Origin: Candidatus Omnitrophota bacterium
GTDB taxonomy: Bacteria; Omnitrophota; Gorgyraeia; Gygaellales; Profunditerraquicolaceae
Assembly: GCA_022710715.1 (NCBI GenBank)
Contig: JAKLGJ010000001.1
Span: 426,041-490,040 of the forward strand
Length of the DNA stretch: 64,000 bases
Direction of reading: 5' to 3'
The notes beneath the pieces were generated by a model that ran no database searches, had not been told where the DNA came from, and worked only from the letters and a program-made list of their open reading frames with translations. This document shows, piece by piece, positions 8,603 through 18,000 of the stretch (position 1 is its first letter; each line of letters starts with the position of its first letter). A program made the translations under genes and the position numbers.

Positions 8603-9882
8603 GACAATCAGGAATCTGCCTTTACGCAGATGCCGTCTCCTACGCGCACGTCAAGACCGGACAGGATGGCCGGGCTGTCCTTGAAGCAAAATCCTTCCCC
8701 AAAGATTACAAACCATCCGCAGAAAAGCTTACCCTGGTGATCCCCCGCAACGAAGTCCACTTGCGTTACCTTGATTTCCCCAGCGTCAATGAAACCGAGA
8801 TCAGAAAAATGCTCGCATTTGAAGCCGCGGATATTTTTCCTTTCAAGCCCGAAGAGATGATCGTGGATTGCGCGCTGGCGGGGGAGTCCGCTAACGGGTA
8901 TTCCCGGGTAATGCTCTGGGCGGTGCTCAAGGATGCGGTTGCGCAGAAGCTGTCGCGTTTGAAAGAGCTGGGCGCTGTTCCGGATGCGATCACGGTGAGC
9001 GCGGTTTCGTTGTTCAATCAGGCTGTGCGCGTTTATCATGACGATAAGGGTTATCTGCTGGTGTATGTGGACGCGGGTGCCGCCGAGATACTGTACATCA
9101 AGAACAAACGCCTGGAATTAAGCCGGGCGATCCTTGCCGCTGCGGGCACGCCGGCGCAGGAGAGTACGCAAGAGGAAATTGCGCGGGTGGTCGGCCAGAC
9201 CATCGCGGTGCTGGCGGATCAGGAGCAGCCGCTGGATGAGTTGATTGTGGGCGGCGCATCGGAAGCTGCCGGATTAGCCGGCGCGCTGGAGGAGAAGCTG
9301 CGGCGCCCGGTGCGGCTGGATACTTCACTGACTTCGCTCGGCGGTCTGGCTGTCCCGGGCGGGATACGCATCAATCTGCTGCCGCAGGAGACCAGGCAAC
9401 AGAAAGATAAGGCGTTGCGGGTCAAGGCGATGGTTTATTTTGCGGCATTGGTCCTTTTGAATATTTCTTTGCTGGGGAATATCGTTTTCGTGCGGTTGAA
9501 AGCCAAAGTGGAATATCTGGAATTATTGAAAAAGGAGATCAAGCGCATCAATGCCCCGGCTACGGCTTTGCAGCAGAAAATGCTTAAAGCCCAGGCCCTG
9601 CAGAAATATGTTTTCTCCGGCCGGCAGATGCTCAATGTTTTTGCCGAGCTGTATCGGGCTGCGCCGGAAGGGATACTTTTAACTTCGCTGGATATCAGCC
9701 AGGAAAAAGATGCGGGGAAGCTGGTGATGGCCGGACAGTCCAGAGATTCGGAATCGGTGCTGAAGTTTGCCGATAACCTGAAAGGTTCGGCGCTGGTCAA
9801 AAAAGCGGATGTGACCTATATTACCAAACGCAATCTGGCCGGCAGCCAGATCGCGGATTTCGAGATCCGCGCCGAGTTTTAA
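8599..9882 (+). CDS. GspL/PilM-like assembly protein (cytoplasmic actin-like domain, single TM, periplasmic domain)
   Basis: The GTG start overlaps the gspG stop and follows RBS GGAGGAGG. One TM helix (VYFAALVLLNISLLGNIVFV) sits near residue 280. Position within the operon supports the call. Confidence 0.5.
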   Translation: MRQSGICLYADAVSYAHVKTGQDGRAVLEAKSFPKDYKPSAEKLTLVIPRNEVHLRYLDFPSVNETEIRKMLAFEAADIFPFKPEEMIVDCALAGESANGYSRVMLWAVLKDAVAQKLSRLKELGAVPDAITVSAVSLFNQAVRVYHDDKGYLLVYVDAGAAEILYIKNKRLELSRAILAAAGTPAQESTQEEIARVVGQTIAVLADQEQPLDELIVGGASEAAGLAGALEEKLRRPVRLDTSLTSLGGLAVPGGIRINLLPQETRQQKDKALRVKAMVYFAALVLLNISLLGNIVFVRLKAKVEYLELLKKEIKRINAPATALQQKMLKAQALQKYVFSGRQMLNVFAELYRAAPEGILLTSLDISQEKDAGKLVMAGQSRDSESVLKFADNLKGSALVKKADVTYITKRNLAGSQIADFEIRAEF

Positions 9883-9888
9883 CGGGAG

Positions 9889-9970
9889 TTATCCACAACC
9901 AGTCCGGGACTTTCCCGTTGTCCCAGTGTTGACTTTCGAGGCGGGACTCCCTTCGGTCGCCTGTGGATAA
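9889..9970 (+). repeat. Intra-operon palindromic element (TTATCCACAA...CAGTCCGGGACT...CGGGACTCCC...TGTGGATAA)
   Basis: Outer 9-bp inverted repeat. It shares the motif CAGTCCGGGACTCCC with the element at 13282-13317 and, inverted, with 1085-1120. Confidence 0.4.
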
Positions 9971-9985
9971 GTCGGGATCGATTAA

Positions 9986-10492
9986 ATGAAGATGAAATTG
10001 CGAAAACAAGAATTGAGTTTACTGGCGATTTGGGTTATAATAATAGCCGCTGTCGGTATCGATCAGGGCGTGCGGCATTTCATCGGTAAAGCCGGCGGCC
10101 TGGATGAGGAGATCAGCCTCAATGAGGAGAAATTTATCCGGCTGCGCGGCATTCTCAAACAGGAAAAAGCAGTCGAAGAGCAGGCCGCGAAAGTCTTTGC
10201 CGGATATAAGGATATTCAATCTACGGACAGCCTTCTGCAGGAGGTTCAGGCAGTCGCCCGGAAGATCGGGGTCAACATCCTGAACGTGGTTCCTTCCACC
10301 AAGAATGAAGGCGGGCAGAAGGTTTTTTTGATCAAGATCGAAAGCCAGGACGACGTCGCCAGCGTATTGAAGTTCATCTATACGCTGACCGAAGAACTCA
10401 AAGGCGTGGGCGTTGACCACGTGCAGATCAACGCCAAGGAACGCGAACAGTTGCCGCGCATCAGCCTGTACTTACGTTCGACGGTGTTCTGA
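9986..10492 (+). CDS. GspM/PilO-like bitopic inner-membrane protein
   Basis: 168 aa with an N-terminal TM helix and a periplasmic domain. Position between gspL and gspC/D supports the call. Confidence 0.4.
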   Translation: MKMKLRKQELSLLAIWVIIIAAVGIDQGVRHFIGKAGGLDEEISLNEEKFIRLRGILKQEKAVEEQAAKVFAGYKDIQSTDSLLQEVQAVARKIGVNILNVVPSTKNEGGQKVFLIKIESQDDVASVLKFIYTLTEELKGVGVDHVQINAKEREQLPRISLYLRSTVF

Positions 10493-10965
10493 TGAAAATA
10501 GCTTTGTCTCTTAAGAAAGAGTTTTTATTTGATTTGATCCCCCGGGCGAATACCGCGCTCATTGTTTGTGCGGCGTGCCTGGGCGCGTATCTGGCGTTTT
10601 CGCTGGTCCGGCCGCATGAATACAGCGAGTTGAGCCGGCGCATCTCCGCGCAGACAGGGAGCCAGGCCGGCAGCCGGTCTTTAAGAACGATGGAAGCCAG
10701 GCCGGTATTCGCCGAAGGGACCTTTAAGGCGAAATATCTGTTCAGTTCGGTGACTAAGAAAGCCGGAGAGCAGAATAAAAAAGACTTTCAGCTGCTGGGT
10801 ATTTCCGTGGGCGCCAAGAATCTGGCGATGATCCGGGATACCCGGAACAATAAGGATTATTATTGCGCGGTGGGAGACGCTATCGGCGCATTGCGGGTCA
10901 AAGAGATTGCGCGGGATAAGGTGGTTTTGGAATCGCCTGACGGATTTATCGAGATAAACCGATGA
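10492..10965 (+). CDS. GspC-HR/PilP-like secretin-interacting protein (TM plus HR domain, no PDZ)
   Basis: The C-terminal FQLLGISVGAKN..DYYCAVGDAIGALRVKEIARDKVVLESPDG matches the HR pattern of the two PDZ-containing GspC-like proteins. The start overlaps the upstream stop (ATGA). Confidence 0.4.
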   Translation: MKIALSLKKEFLFDLIPRANTALIVCAACLGAYLAFSLVRPHEYSELSRRISAQTGSQAGSRSLRTMEARPVFAEGTFKAKYLFSSVTKKAGEQNKKDFQLLGISVGAKNLAMIRDTRNNKDYYCAVGDAIGALRVKEIARDKVVLESPDGFIEINR

Positions 10966-12488
10966 GAAAACTATTCTACCTGATGCTGGTTGGTGCGATG
11001 CTTGGCTGCAGCGTCTGCGCTTTTGCGGTTGCGCAGGACCAGGCCGGCAAACCGGTTCAGTCCCAGGAGAAAACGATCACCCTGGACGTTAAGGAAATGG
11101 AATTGAGCGACGTATTGCGCATGATCGCCGACCAGAGCGGTTTGAATATCATCGCTTCCAAGAACGTCAAGGGTCTGGTGACCATCAATCTGCAGAATGT
11201 TTCGGTGGAAAAAGTTCTAGATGCTATCCTCAAGGTCAACAACTGCGGCTTCATCAAAGAAGGTTCGATCATCCAGGTGTATACGTTGCCTGAATTGAAT
11301 CAGAAAGAGCAGTTTTCCCAGTTGATCACCCGGGTCTACCGCATCGAGCATATCAAGGCCATGGACCTGAAACAGACGCTGATGTCGCTTAAATCCGGTC
11401 GCGGCAGGATCGAGATCGAACCCAAGACCAACAGCATCATCGTTACCGATATCGACGACAATGTCCGATCCATCGAAGCTACGATCAAAGAGATGGATCG
11501 CAAGCTTGATACCCGGGTGTACCGTTTGAATTACGCCAAGCCCGCAGACGTGCAGAAGAATCTGCTTTCGATCATTCCCGCCACGGAAGGGGATATCCTG
11601 GTAGATGAGCGCACCAACAGCATCGTGGTTACTGCCGCTCCGGTGGTCCTGACTAAGATCGACGCTTTGATCCTTAATTGGGACCGCCAGATTCCCCAGG
11701 TGCTCATCGAAGCCAGGATCATCCAGATCACTCTGGGCAAGAACCGGTTCCTGGGCGTGGAGTGGCAGTATCAGAATCCGGAAAAACATACGGTAAACGT
11801 GGGAGTGACCAATCTGCCTTTGCCTACGGGCGTGACGTATGTGGACGCGTTCAAGATCGGGGTGCTGGCCGCGGACGATTACGAAGTGACCATGCGCGCG
11901 CTCGAGGGGACCAGCGACGTGGATCTGTTGTCCAGCCCGCGCATCGTGACGCTGGATAATACCGAGGCCAAGATACTCATCGGCTCCAGCGAGCCCTACG
12001 ATGTGTTCCACTACGATTCCGACGGCAATGTCACCGGCAAAGAAGTCAAGTTCGTGGAAGTGGGCATCAAGCTGACGGTTACCCCGAAGATCTCCGATGA
12101 CGGTTTTATCACCATGAATATCCGGCCGGAAGTCAGCACGCCGCGCGTGGGCACCGCCACGGATTCGCTGGCCATCGACACCACCGAAGCCACCACGGTG
12201 ATGACGGTCAAGGACGGCAATACCGTGGTCATGGGCGGTTTGATCAAGGACGAGAAGCAGAAGATCGTGGCCAAGATCCCGGTGCTCGGCGATATCCCTC
12301 TGTTGAAATATATGTTCCGCAACACCTATAACACCACCACTAAAAAAGAGATCATTATTTTCATCACCCCTAAGATCATCGATCCGATGAAAGTCGAGAC
12401 GGACCGCGAAAACTACGAGCATCAGGCGCGGGTGGACGAGATGCGCCGGTCGATGGAAGGGGTTAAGAAGCCGAAAAAGAAATGGTAA
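10962..12488 (+). CDS. gspD: Secretin (GspD/PilQ family outer-membrane channel)
   Basis: Signal peptide, then N0/N1-like domains. The C-terminal secretin signature is VLGDIPLLKYMFRNTYNTTTKKEIIIFITPKII. Confidence 0.85.
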   Translation: MRKLFYLMLVGAMLGCSVCAFAVAQDQAGKPVQSQEKTITLDVKEMELSDVLRMIADQSGLNIIASKNVKGLVTINLQNVSVEKVLDAILKVNNCGFIKEGSIIQVYTLPELNQKEQFSQLITRVYRIEHIKAMDLKQTLMSLKSGRGRIEIEPKTNSIIVTDIDDNVRSIEATIKEMDRKLDTRVYRLNYAKPADVQKNLLSIIPATEGDILVDERTNSIVVTAAPVVLTKIDALILNWDRQIPQVLIEARIIQITLGKNRFLGVEWQYQNPEKHTVNVGVTNLPLPTGVTYVDAFKIGVLAADDYEVTMRALEGTSDVDLLSSPRIVTLDNTEAKILIGSSEPYDVFHYDSDGNVTGKEVKFVEVGIKLTVTPKISDDGFITMNIRPEVSTPRVGTATDSLAIDTTEATTVMTVKDGNTVVMGGLIKDEKQKIVAKIPVLGDIPLLKYMFRNTYNTTTKKEIIIFITPKIIDPMKVETDRENYEHQARVDEMRRSMEGVKKPKKKW

Positions 12489-12492
12489 TGAA

Positions 12493-13281
12493 ATGAGCTT
12501 GAGAAAACGCGATCTGATCCTGTTATCGGCTTTATTCTGTTCCGTGATTTTTTCTCTCCACGTGGTCAGCCAGGTTAATTCCCGGCGCCAGGCGGATAAA
12601 GAATTCTCTCCGGCTATCGGTGCCGGAGCAAGGGTTGAGCCGGGAGAGAAGCAGGTTTCTTTTATCTCCGGTAACGCGCCCGCCGCCGTGCAGTCGGATT
12701 CTTTCGAGACCAAGCTCGAGCTTATCGGAACCATGATCGGGATCAACCCGATGGCCTTCATTTATGACCCGGCGGTGGAACGCAGCCATCTTTACCGCGT
12801 CAACGATTGCATCGGCGATATCAAAGTGGCCCAGATATTCTCCGGCAAGGTTATCCTGGAGCGCAACGGCGCGCAGCGCGAACTCTACCTTTCATCGCGC
12901 AAAGGCGTTTCGGTCGCCGGAGCCAGAAAAGGCGTTTCCCGCGATGAGACCGGAAAAGTGATCATCTGCAAGTCCGAGATGATGAATCAGGTGCTCCAGG
13001 CTAAGGACCTTCTCGCCAAGGTGAAAATTCTGCCGCAACCGGATGAAGCCGCAGTCAACCGGTTGAAAGGCTTCCGCATCGATAACGTGCCTTCGGGCAG
13101 CATTATCGAAGAGGCGGGGATCAAAAACGGCGATATCATCTGCTCGATTCAGGGCAGGCAGCTTTCCAGCCTGCAGGAAGCCTGGTCGATGTTCAATAAA
13201 GTCCAGGATCAGAATCACGTCGAAATAGTCTTGCTGCGGGATAACCAGCCGGTCACGCTCAATTACGAAATCGAAAAATAG
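12493..13281 (+). CDS. gspC: T2SS GspC-like protein (TM, HR domain, PDZ)
   Basis: HR domain KLELIGTMIGIN...YRVNDCIGDIKVAQIFSGKVILERNG. The C-terminal PDZ is FRIDNVPSGSIIEEAGIKNGDIICSIQG. Confidence 0.55.
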   Translation: MSLRKRDLILLSALFCSVIFSLHVVSQVNSRRQADKEFSPAIGAGARVEPGEKQVSFISGNAPAAVQSDSFETKLELIGTMIGINPMAFIYDPAVERSHLYRVNDCIGDIKVAQIFSGKVILERNGAQRELYLSSRKGVSVAGARKGVSRDETGKVIICKSEMMNQVLQAKDLLAKVKILPQPDEAAVNRLKGFRIDNVPSGSIIEEAGIKNGDIICSIQGRQLSSLQEAWSMFNKVQDQNHVEIVLLRDNQPVTLNYEIEK

Positions 13282-13317
13282 TTATACACAGGCAGTCCGG
13301 GACTCCCTGTGTATAAC
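13282..13317 (+). repeat. Intra-operon hairpin (12-bp stem GTTATACACAGG/CCTGTGTATAAC, loop CAGTCCGGGACTC)
   Basis: Perfect 12-bp inverted repeat ending 8 nt before the gspE ATG. The loop motif is shared with 9889-9970. Confidence 0.45.
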
Positions 13318-13325
13318 TCATACGG

Positions 13326-15011
13326 ATGAATCTGGGACAGATACTCACACAGCGGTTCAATCTTACCGCAGACCAGTGGCAGGCATGCCTCGACGAACAT
13401 AAACGCAGCCAGGCGTCGCTGGTGCGATTGCTCATCAATAAGAATCTTGTCCCCGAACAGAACCTGCTGCAGGTCCTTTCCGAGCATCTGAACATTCCCC
13501 TGGTCCGGATTACCCCGGAAGACATCGATACGTCCTTGATCAAAGACATTCCCGCCAAGTTCGTGACCCATTATAATTTCATGCCGCTTAAAGCTGTCGG
13601 CGCCTCCGTGCGCATCGCCGTCAATGACCCGCTGGATGTGCTGGTTCTGGACGAGATCAGCCAGTTCCTTAAGCGTCCCGTCGCCGCGGTGCTGGCCAGC
13701 GAGAAAGATATTCTCGACGCGATCAAGAATTATTACGGCGTGGGCGCCGAAACGCTGGAAGCGATGGCCGGGGAAGCGGCCCAGCCGCAGGAACTGGAAT
13801 TCCTGACCGGCTCCGACAATGCGGATTTGAAGGATGAGGATATCGATCCTTCGGTGATCAAGTTCCTCAATCAGATCTTCCAGGAAGCCATCAAGCAGCG
13901 GGCGACCGACGTTCATTTTGAGCCGTTCGAGAACGATCTGCGTATTCGTTATCGTATCGACGGCATACTCTATGAAGTTCCTGTGCCTCCCACGATCAAG
14001 CGTTTCCAGTCGTCTATCGCTTCGCGTATCAAGGTTATGGCGAATCTCGATATCGCGGAGAAGCGCCGGCCGCAGGACGGCAGGGTGGACGTGCGGATGG
14101 AAGGGGAAGTCTACGATTTGAGAATTTCGATCATGCCCACGCCTTTTGGAGAGAGTATCGGGATCCGCGTGCTGCCGCGTTCCAGCCCGGTGATCGGCCT
14201 GGAAGGATTGGGGTTGGATAGCGACGGGCTGGTTTCGCTGGAGCGGATGATCGCCAAACCCTACGGTATTATCCTGGTCACCGGCCCTACCGGCAGCGGT
14301 AAAACCACCACTCTGTACGCCAGTCTGAACAAGATTAATTCCACCGAGCGCAAGATCCTGACTATCGAAGATCCCATCGAATATCAGTTGGCCGGGATCA
14401 CCCAGATGCAGGTAGAGCCGAAGATCAGTTTCACGTTCGCCAACGCTTTGCGTTCGATGCTGCGCCATGACCCGGACGTGATGATGGTCGGAGAGATCCG
14501 TGATTCCGAGACCGCGGAGCTGGCGGTGCGCACGGCCTTGACCGGGCATCTGGTGTTTTCCACCCTGCATACCAATGATGCCGCCGGCGGGATTACCCGT
14601 TTGCTGGATATGGGTATAGATCCGTTCCTGGTCTCCTCGTCGGTTATTCTGATCATCGCGCAGAGGCTGGTGCGGATGATCTGTCCGCAGTGCCGTCAGA
14701 AAATCCCGGATTCCGAATCGCTGGTACGGCAGTTCTTTCCGGATAAACCGCTGACTGCTGCGTTGTATCAGGGCAAAGGTTGCGAAAGCTGCCGTTTCAC
14801 CGGCTATAAAGGCCGCACGGCTATTTTCGAGATGATAGTGATCAGCGATGAGATCCGGGAACTCGTTTTGAAGAAACAGCCTACCCATATCATCAAACAA
14901 AAAGCGGTCAGTCAGGGGATGAGGGCGCTCCGGGATGCGGGATGGGAGAAGATCATCCGGGGCGTGACTACCATCGACGAGGTGGTCCGGGTGACCCAGG
15001 AAGAAGCGTAA
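13326..15011 (+). CDS. gspE: Type II secretion / type IV pilus assembly ATPase GspE
   Basis: Walker A GPTGSGKTT, the Asp box, a His box, and a tetracysteine motif CPQC...CESC. Length is 561 aa. Confidence 0.9.
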   Translation: MNLGQILTQRFNLTADQWQACLDEHKRSQASLVRLLINKNLVPEQNLLQVLSEHLNIPLVRITPEDIDTSLIKDIPAKFVTHYNFMPLKAVGASVRIAVNDPLDVLVLDEISQFLKRPVAAVLASEKDILDAIKNYYGVGAETLEAMAGEAAQPQELEFLTGSDNADLKDEDIDPSVIKFLNQIFQEAIKQRATDVHFEPFENDLRIRYRIDGILYEVPVPPTIKRFQSSIASRIKVMANLDIAEKRRPQDGRVDVRMEGEVYDLRISIMPTPFGESIGIRVLPRSSPVIGLEGLGLDSDGLVSLERMIAKPYGIILVTGPTGSGKTTTLYASLNKINSTERKILTIEDPIEYQLAGITQMQVEPKISFTFANALRSMLRHDPDVMMVGEIRDSETAELAVRTALTGHLVFSTLHTNDAAGGITRLLDMGIDPFLVSSSVILIIAQRLVRMICPQCRQKIPDSESLVRQFFPDKPLTAALYQGKGCESCRFTGYKGRTAIFEMIVISDEIRELVLKKQPTHIIKQKAVSQGMRALRDAGWEKIIRGVTTIDEVVRVTQEEA

Positions 15012-15026
15012 GCCGGATGACGATCT

Positions 15027-16229
15027 ATGCCCCAGTTCAGCTATAAAGCCAAATCAGGCCCGGATCAGATCAAGAGCGGGGTTATCCAGGCCGAGAATCC
15101 CGAAGCCGTGGCGCGTAAGCTGCGCCAGGACGGTTTATTCGCTTTGAGCATCGTCGAGGTCAACCCGGCGCAGGTCAAAGCCGCGGGCGGAAGCAGGATC
15201 AATTCCGCGCAGTTGTCGGCGTTCACCCGTCAGCTGTCCAATCTGGTCCGGTCGGGGTTCCCTCTGGCCACTGCCTTATCCACGCTTTCCCAGCAGAATG
15301 CTCATCCCGGTTTAAAGAGGCTCATTGTAGATCTGCACGAGAGTATTCAGAAAGGTTCGACCTTTTCCCAGGCGCTGTCCGCCTATCCCGGCCACTTCAG
15401 CACTTTTTATATCAACATGGTCCAGATCGGCGAGTCCAGCGGCAAGCTCGACGAAACCCTGGAGCGGTTGGCGGATTTCCGGGAAAAAGACGATGAATTG
15501 CGCGCCAGCGTCCGCTCGGCTCTGACCTACCCGGCGTTCCTTCTGGTCACCGGCATACTCACGTTGTTCGTGTTGATGTCTTTTTTTATACCGCGGCTGG
15601 TCTCGATGTTTACCGATATGGGCCAGGCATTGCCCTTGCCGACCCAGATAATCATTCAATTAAGCGTATTCATGAACCGTTTCTGGTGGCTGATCGTTCT
15701 GGTTATTGCCGCTCTGGTCATGCTGGTGCGCGCCCAGTATAAACTGGAACGCAGTCGCTTGATCATTGACCGCGTGCTTACCGGTTTGCCCGGTATAGGC
15801 GCGGTGATCCAGCGCATGGAGATCTCCCGGTTCGCTTACGCTCTGGGCGTGCTTTTGAAGAACGGAGTTTCCATGCTCGAAGCGCTTAAAGTGGTGGCTC
15901 TGGGCGTGGATAACCGTTATCTGCGCGGCAAGATCGTGGCTTTCCCGGAGCAGATATCCAAAGGCAAGAGTTTAAGTAATTGTTTTCAGTCCGATACAAT
16001 CTTCCCGGCGGTATTGATCAATATGGCCGCAGTGGGAGAGGAGAGCGGCAATCTCACGGATATGTTATTCCGCATCGCCGCGTCGTTCGAAACCGAGGTT
16101 AACCGCACTCTGAAAACCGTAGTGAGTTTGATCGAACCGATCCTGATCCTGTGTATCGGAGGAGCGGTGGTCGTGCTGGTGGCGGCGATACTGCTGCCTA
16201 TTTTTCAGGCGGATTTCTTTGCGCAATAA
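15027..16229 (+). CDS. gspF: Type II secretion inner-membrane platform protein GspF
   Basis: Two repeated GspF/PilC cytoplasmic domains separated by TM helices. Length is 400 aa. Confidence 0.9.
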   Translation: MPQFSYKAKSGPDQIKSGVIQAENPEAVARKLRQDGLFALSIVEVNPAQVKAAGGSRINSAQLSAFTRQLSNLVRSGFPLATALSTLSQQNAHPGLKRLIVDLHESIQKGSTFSQALSAYPGHFSTFYINMVQIGESSGKLDETLERLADFREKDDELRASVRSALTYPAFLLVTGILTLFVLMSFFIPRLVSMFTDMGQALPLPTQIIIQLSVFMNRFWWLIVLVIAALVMLVRAQYKLERSRLIIDRVLTGLPGIGAVIQRMEISRFAYALGVLLKNGVSMLEALKVVALGVDNRYLRGKIVAFPEQISKGKSLSNCFQSDTIFPAVLINMAAVGEESGNLTDMLFRIAASFETEVNRTLKTVVSLIEPILILCIGGAVVVLVAAILLPIFQADFFAQ

Positions 16230-16250
16230 CCAAAGCCCGATAGACACAAG

Positions 16251-16279
16251 TTGAAAAATGGCCGGGGGTGTGGTATACT
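16251..16279 (+). promoter_or_regulatory. Promoter TTGAAA-N17-TGGTATACT
   Basis: The -35 element and an extended -10. The -10 ends 9 nt before the ATG at 16289, so the exosortase mRNA is near-leaderless. Confidence 0.4.
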
Positions 16280-16288
16280 CAAGCAACT

Positions 16289-17101
16289 ATGAAAAAAGAT
16301 CTCGTTGGTAAGCTCGCGGTGCTGGCCATTCTGGTGGCGATCATTTACATCCCCACATTCATCTGGATGTTCAATAGCTGGAATGTGGCGGATTCATATT
16401 ACAGCCACGGGCCGCTGGTGCCGCTCATCGCCATTTTTATTTTCTGGTTGAAACGAAAGCAGCTGAAATCATTGAAGATAAAGCCATCGCATGCCGGCTG
16501 GTTATTCTTGACTCCCGGGATCTTTATACAATTGTTAAGCGCTGTCTGGAGGGTTAATTTCACCTCCGGAATTTCTTTGCTCCTGGTTATCCCCGGGATC
16601 GTTTTGCTTTTTCTGGGGCCGTCAGTTTTGAGATTGCTCTGGTTTCCCATCGCCTTCCTGACATTCATGCTGCCTCTGCCTATGGTGGCTATCGCCAATA
16701 TCAGCTTTAAATTGAAGATCTTTGCCGCGCAGATGGCCACCTGGATGGTTAACGCCATGGGTATACCGGCTATTCGCGAGGGCAGCGTGATCAAGACGCA
16801 TAACGCTCATCTGACGGTGGAAGATCCCTGTTCGGGTATCCGGTCATTGATCGCGTTGATCGCTCTGGGCGCATTGATGGCTTATTTCAGCCGGCTCTCC
16901 CGGCCGAAGAAACTGATCTTGTTCGCGGCGTCGCTGCCGATCGCGGTGCTGGCAAACGTGATCAGGATCATTGTTTTGACCCTGGTCAGCGAGATATACG
17001 GCATGCATTTAGCCACCGGGTTCTTTCACGACATGATGGGATACGCGGTATTTGCTCTGGCTTTCTTCGGATTGGCTTTTGTAGCCAAAATCATGGAATA
17101 A
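16289..17101 (+). CDS. Exosortase (EpsH/XrtA-like polytopic membrane transpeptidase)
   Basis: Multi-TM protein with the conserved Cys motif EDPCSGIRS and a conserved Asn/Arg pair (LANVIRII). An EpsI gene and PEP-CTERM genes lie immediately downstream. Confidence 0.75.
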   Translation: MKKDLVGKLAVLAILVAIIYIPTFIWMFNSWNVADSYYSHGPLVPLIAIFIFWLKRKQLKSLKIKPSHAGWLFLTPGIFIQLLSAVWRVNFTSGISLLLVIPGIVLLFLGPSVLRLLWFPIAFLTFMLPLPMVAIANISFKLKIFAAQMATWMVNAMGIPAIREGSVIKTHNAHLTVEDPCSGIRSLIALIALGALMAYFSRLSRPKKLILFAASLPIAVLANVIRIIVLTLVSEIYGMHLATGFFHDMMGYAVFALAFFGLAFVAKIME

Positions 17102-17104
17102 ACT

Positions 17105-17722
17105 ATGCGCGAAAAACGGTTTTTTACGGTCGTTGCGGTTCTTGCCCTGACCGCTGTGGTAAGCCTGCTGGGGTATATGCCCGCGCGTTTTGAAACCGGC
17201 AGAGGGGTGAGGATCGCGGAATTTCCCCGCGCTTTCAGCGGATGGAATTCGGTGGATCTGCCGCTTGAACCCGAAGTGTACGCTTTGCTCGAAACCGATA
17301 ATCTGATCATGCGTAATTACACCAATCCGCAAGGGGAGGTGGTGAATCTCTACATCATCTATTCGGACAATAACCGTAAGGTCGCGCATCCTCCGGAACT
17401 TTGTTTGCAGGGAGCAGGCGCGTCCATCGAGGGTAAGTCCGAGATCCGTTTGACCGATCAGATCAGCGCCACGCAACTGGTTCTGGGGAACGGCGATGCC
17501 AAAGAATTGGGACTTTACTGGTATAAAGCCGGCAAGCTCTATACCGGTAGCTATATCCGTCAGCAATTTGATATTGCCGTAAAAACCCTGTTCCGACAAC
17601 CGGCTTCTATTGCCATGATCCGCCTGCTTGCTCCGGTTAAGCAATCCCCGGAAAAGACCCTGCAGCTTTTGCAGTCTTTTGCCCGGGAAATCCAGCCTTT
17701 ATTGGACCGCTACGCTCCCTGA
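17105..17722 (+). CDS. Exosortase-associated EpsI family protein
   Basis: About 200 aa with an N-terminal TM helix. It starts 4 nt after the exosortase stop, which is the typical pairing. Confidence 0.5.
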   Translation: MREKRFFTVVAVLALTAVVSLLGYMPARFETGRGVRIAEFPRAFSGWNSVDLPLEPEVYALLETDNLIMRNYTNPQGEVVNLYIIYSDNNRKVAHPPELCLQGAGASIEGKSEIRLTDQISATQLVLGNGDAKELGLYWYKAGKLYTGSYIRQQFDIAVKTLFRQPASIAMIRLLAPVKQSPEKTLQLLQSFAREIQPLLDRYAP

Positions 17723-17984
17723 TTCTCCTAAGCCTACCTGCTCCTGACGCAATGTTGATTCCCGTACAAATGTTGTTGATTATTGAGTAGAAGCGTAACA
17801 TTTTGTTATATATTAAGTTACGTTCAAGACTTATGAAAGCGCTTTCAAAAGTGTTTACATTCTCATACATATTAAATATAGATAAGTATATAAACATTTC
17901 TAAATAATAATAAAATGGCCGGTATTCCTAACTTAATATCTACCAATGATTTAAAATTTGCATTTAAGCCGGAAATTAGAAAGT

Positions 17985-18000
17985 TGGCATGAAACCTGCT
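17985..18000 (+). promoter_or_regulatory. Candidate sigma-54 promoter TGGCAT-N5-CTGCT (-24 GG, -12 GC)
   Basis: The GG-to-GC spacing is 10 nt, as in TGGCACG-N4-TTGCA. It lies inside the AT-rich island, about 160 nt upstream of the sugar transferase. rpoN and a sigma-54 activator are encoded 7-10 kb downstream. Confidence 0.4.

Noticed and set aside
11217-12761. 514-aa ORF on the minus strand antisense to the secretin gene
   Set aside because: It lies wholly antisense to a well-supported secretin CDS with clear motifs. Its translated composition is Arg/Gly/His-rich, which is typical of a GC-rich antisense frame. It has no RBS or domain signal.
13263-14900. 545-aa ORF antisense to gspE
   Set aside because: Same reasoning. 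gspE carries unmistakable Walker and zinc-finger motifs, and the antisense frame is low-complexity.
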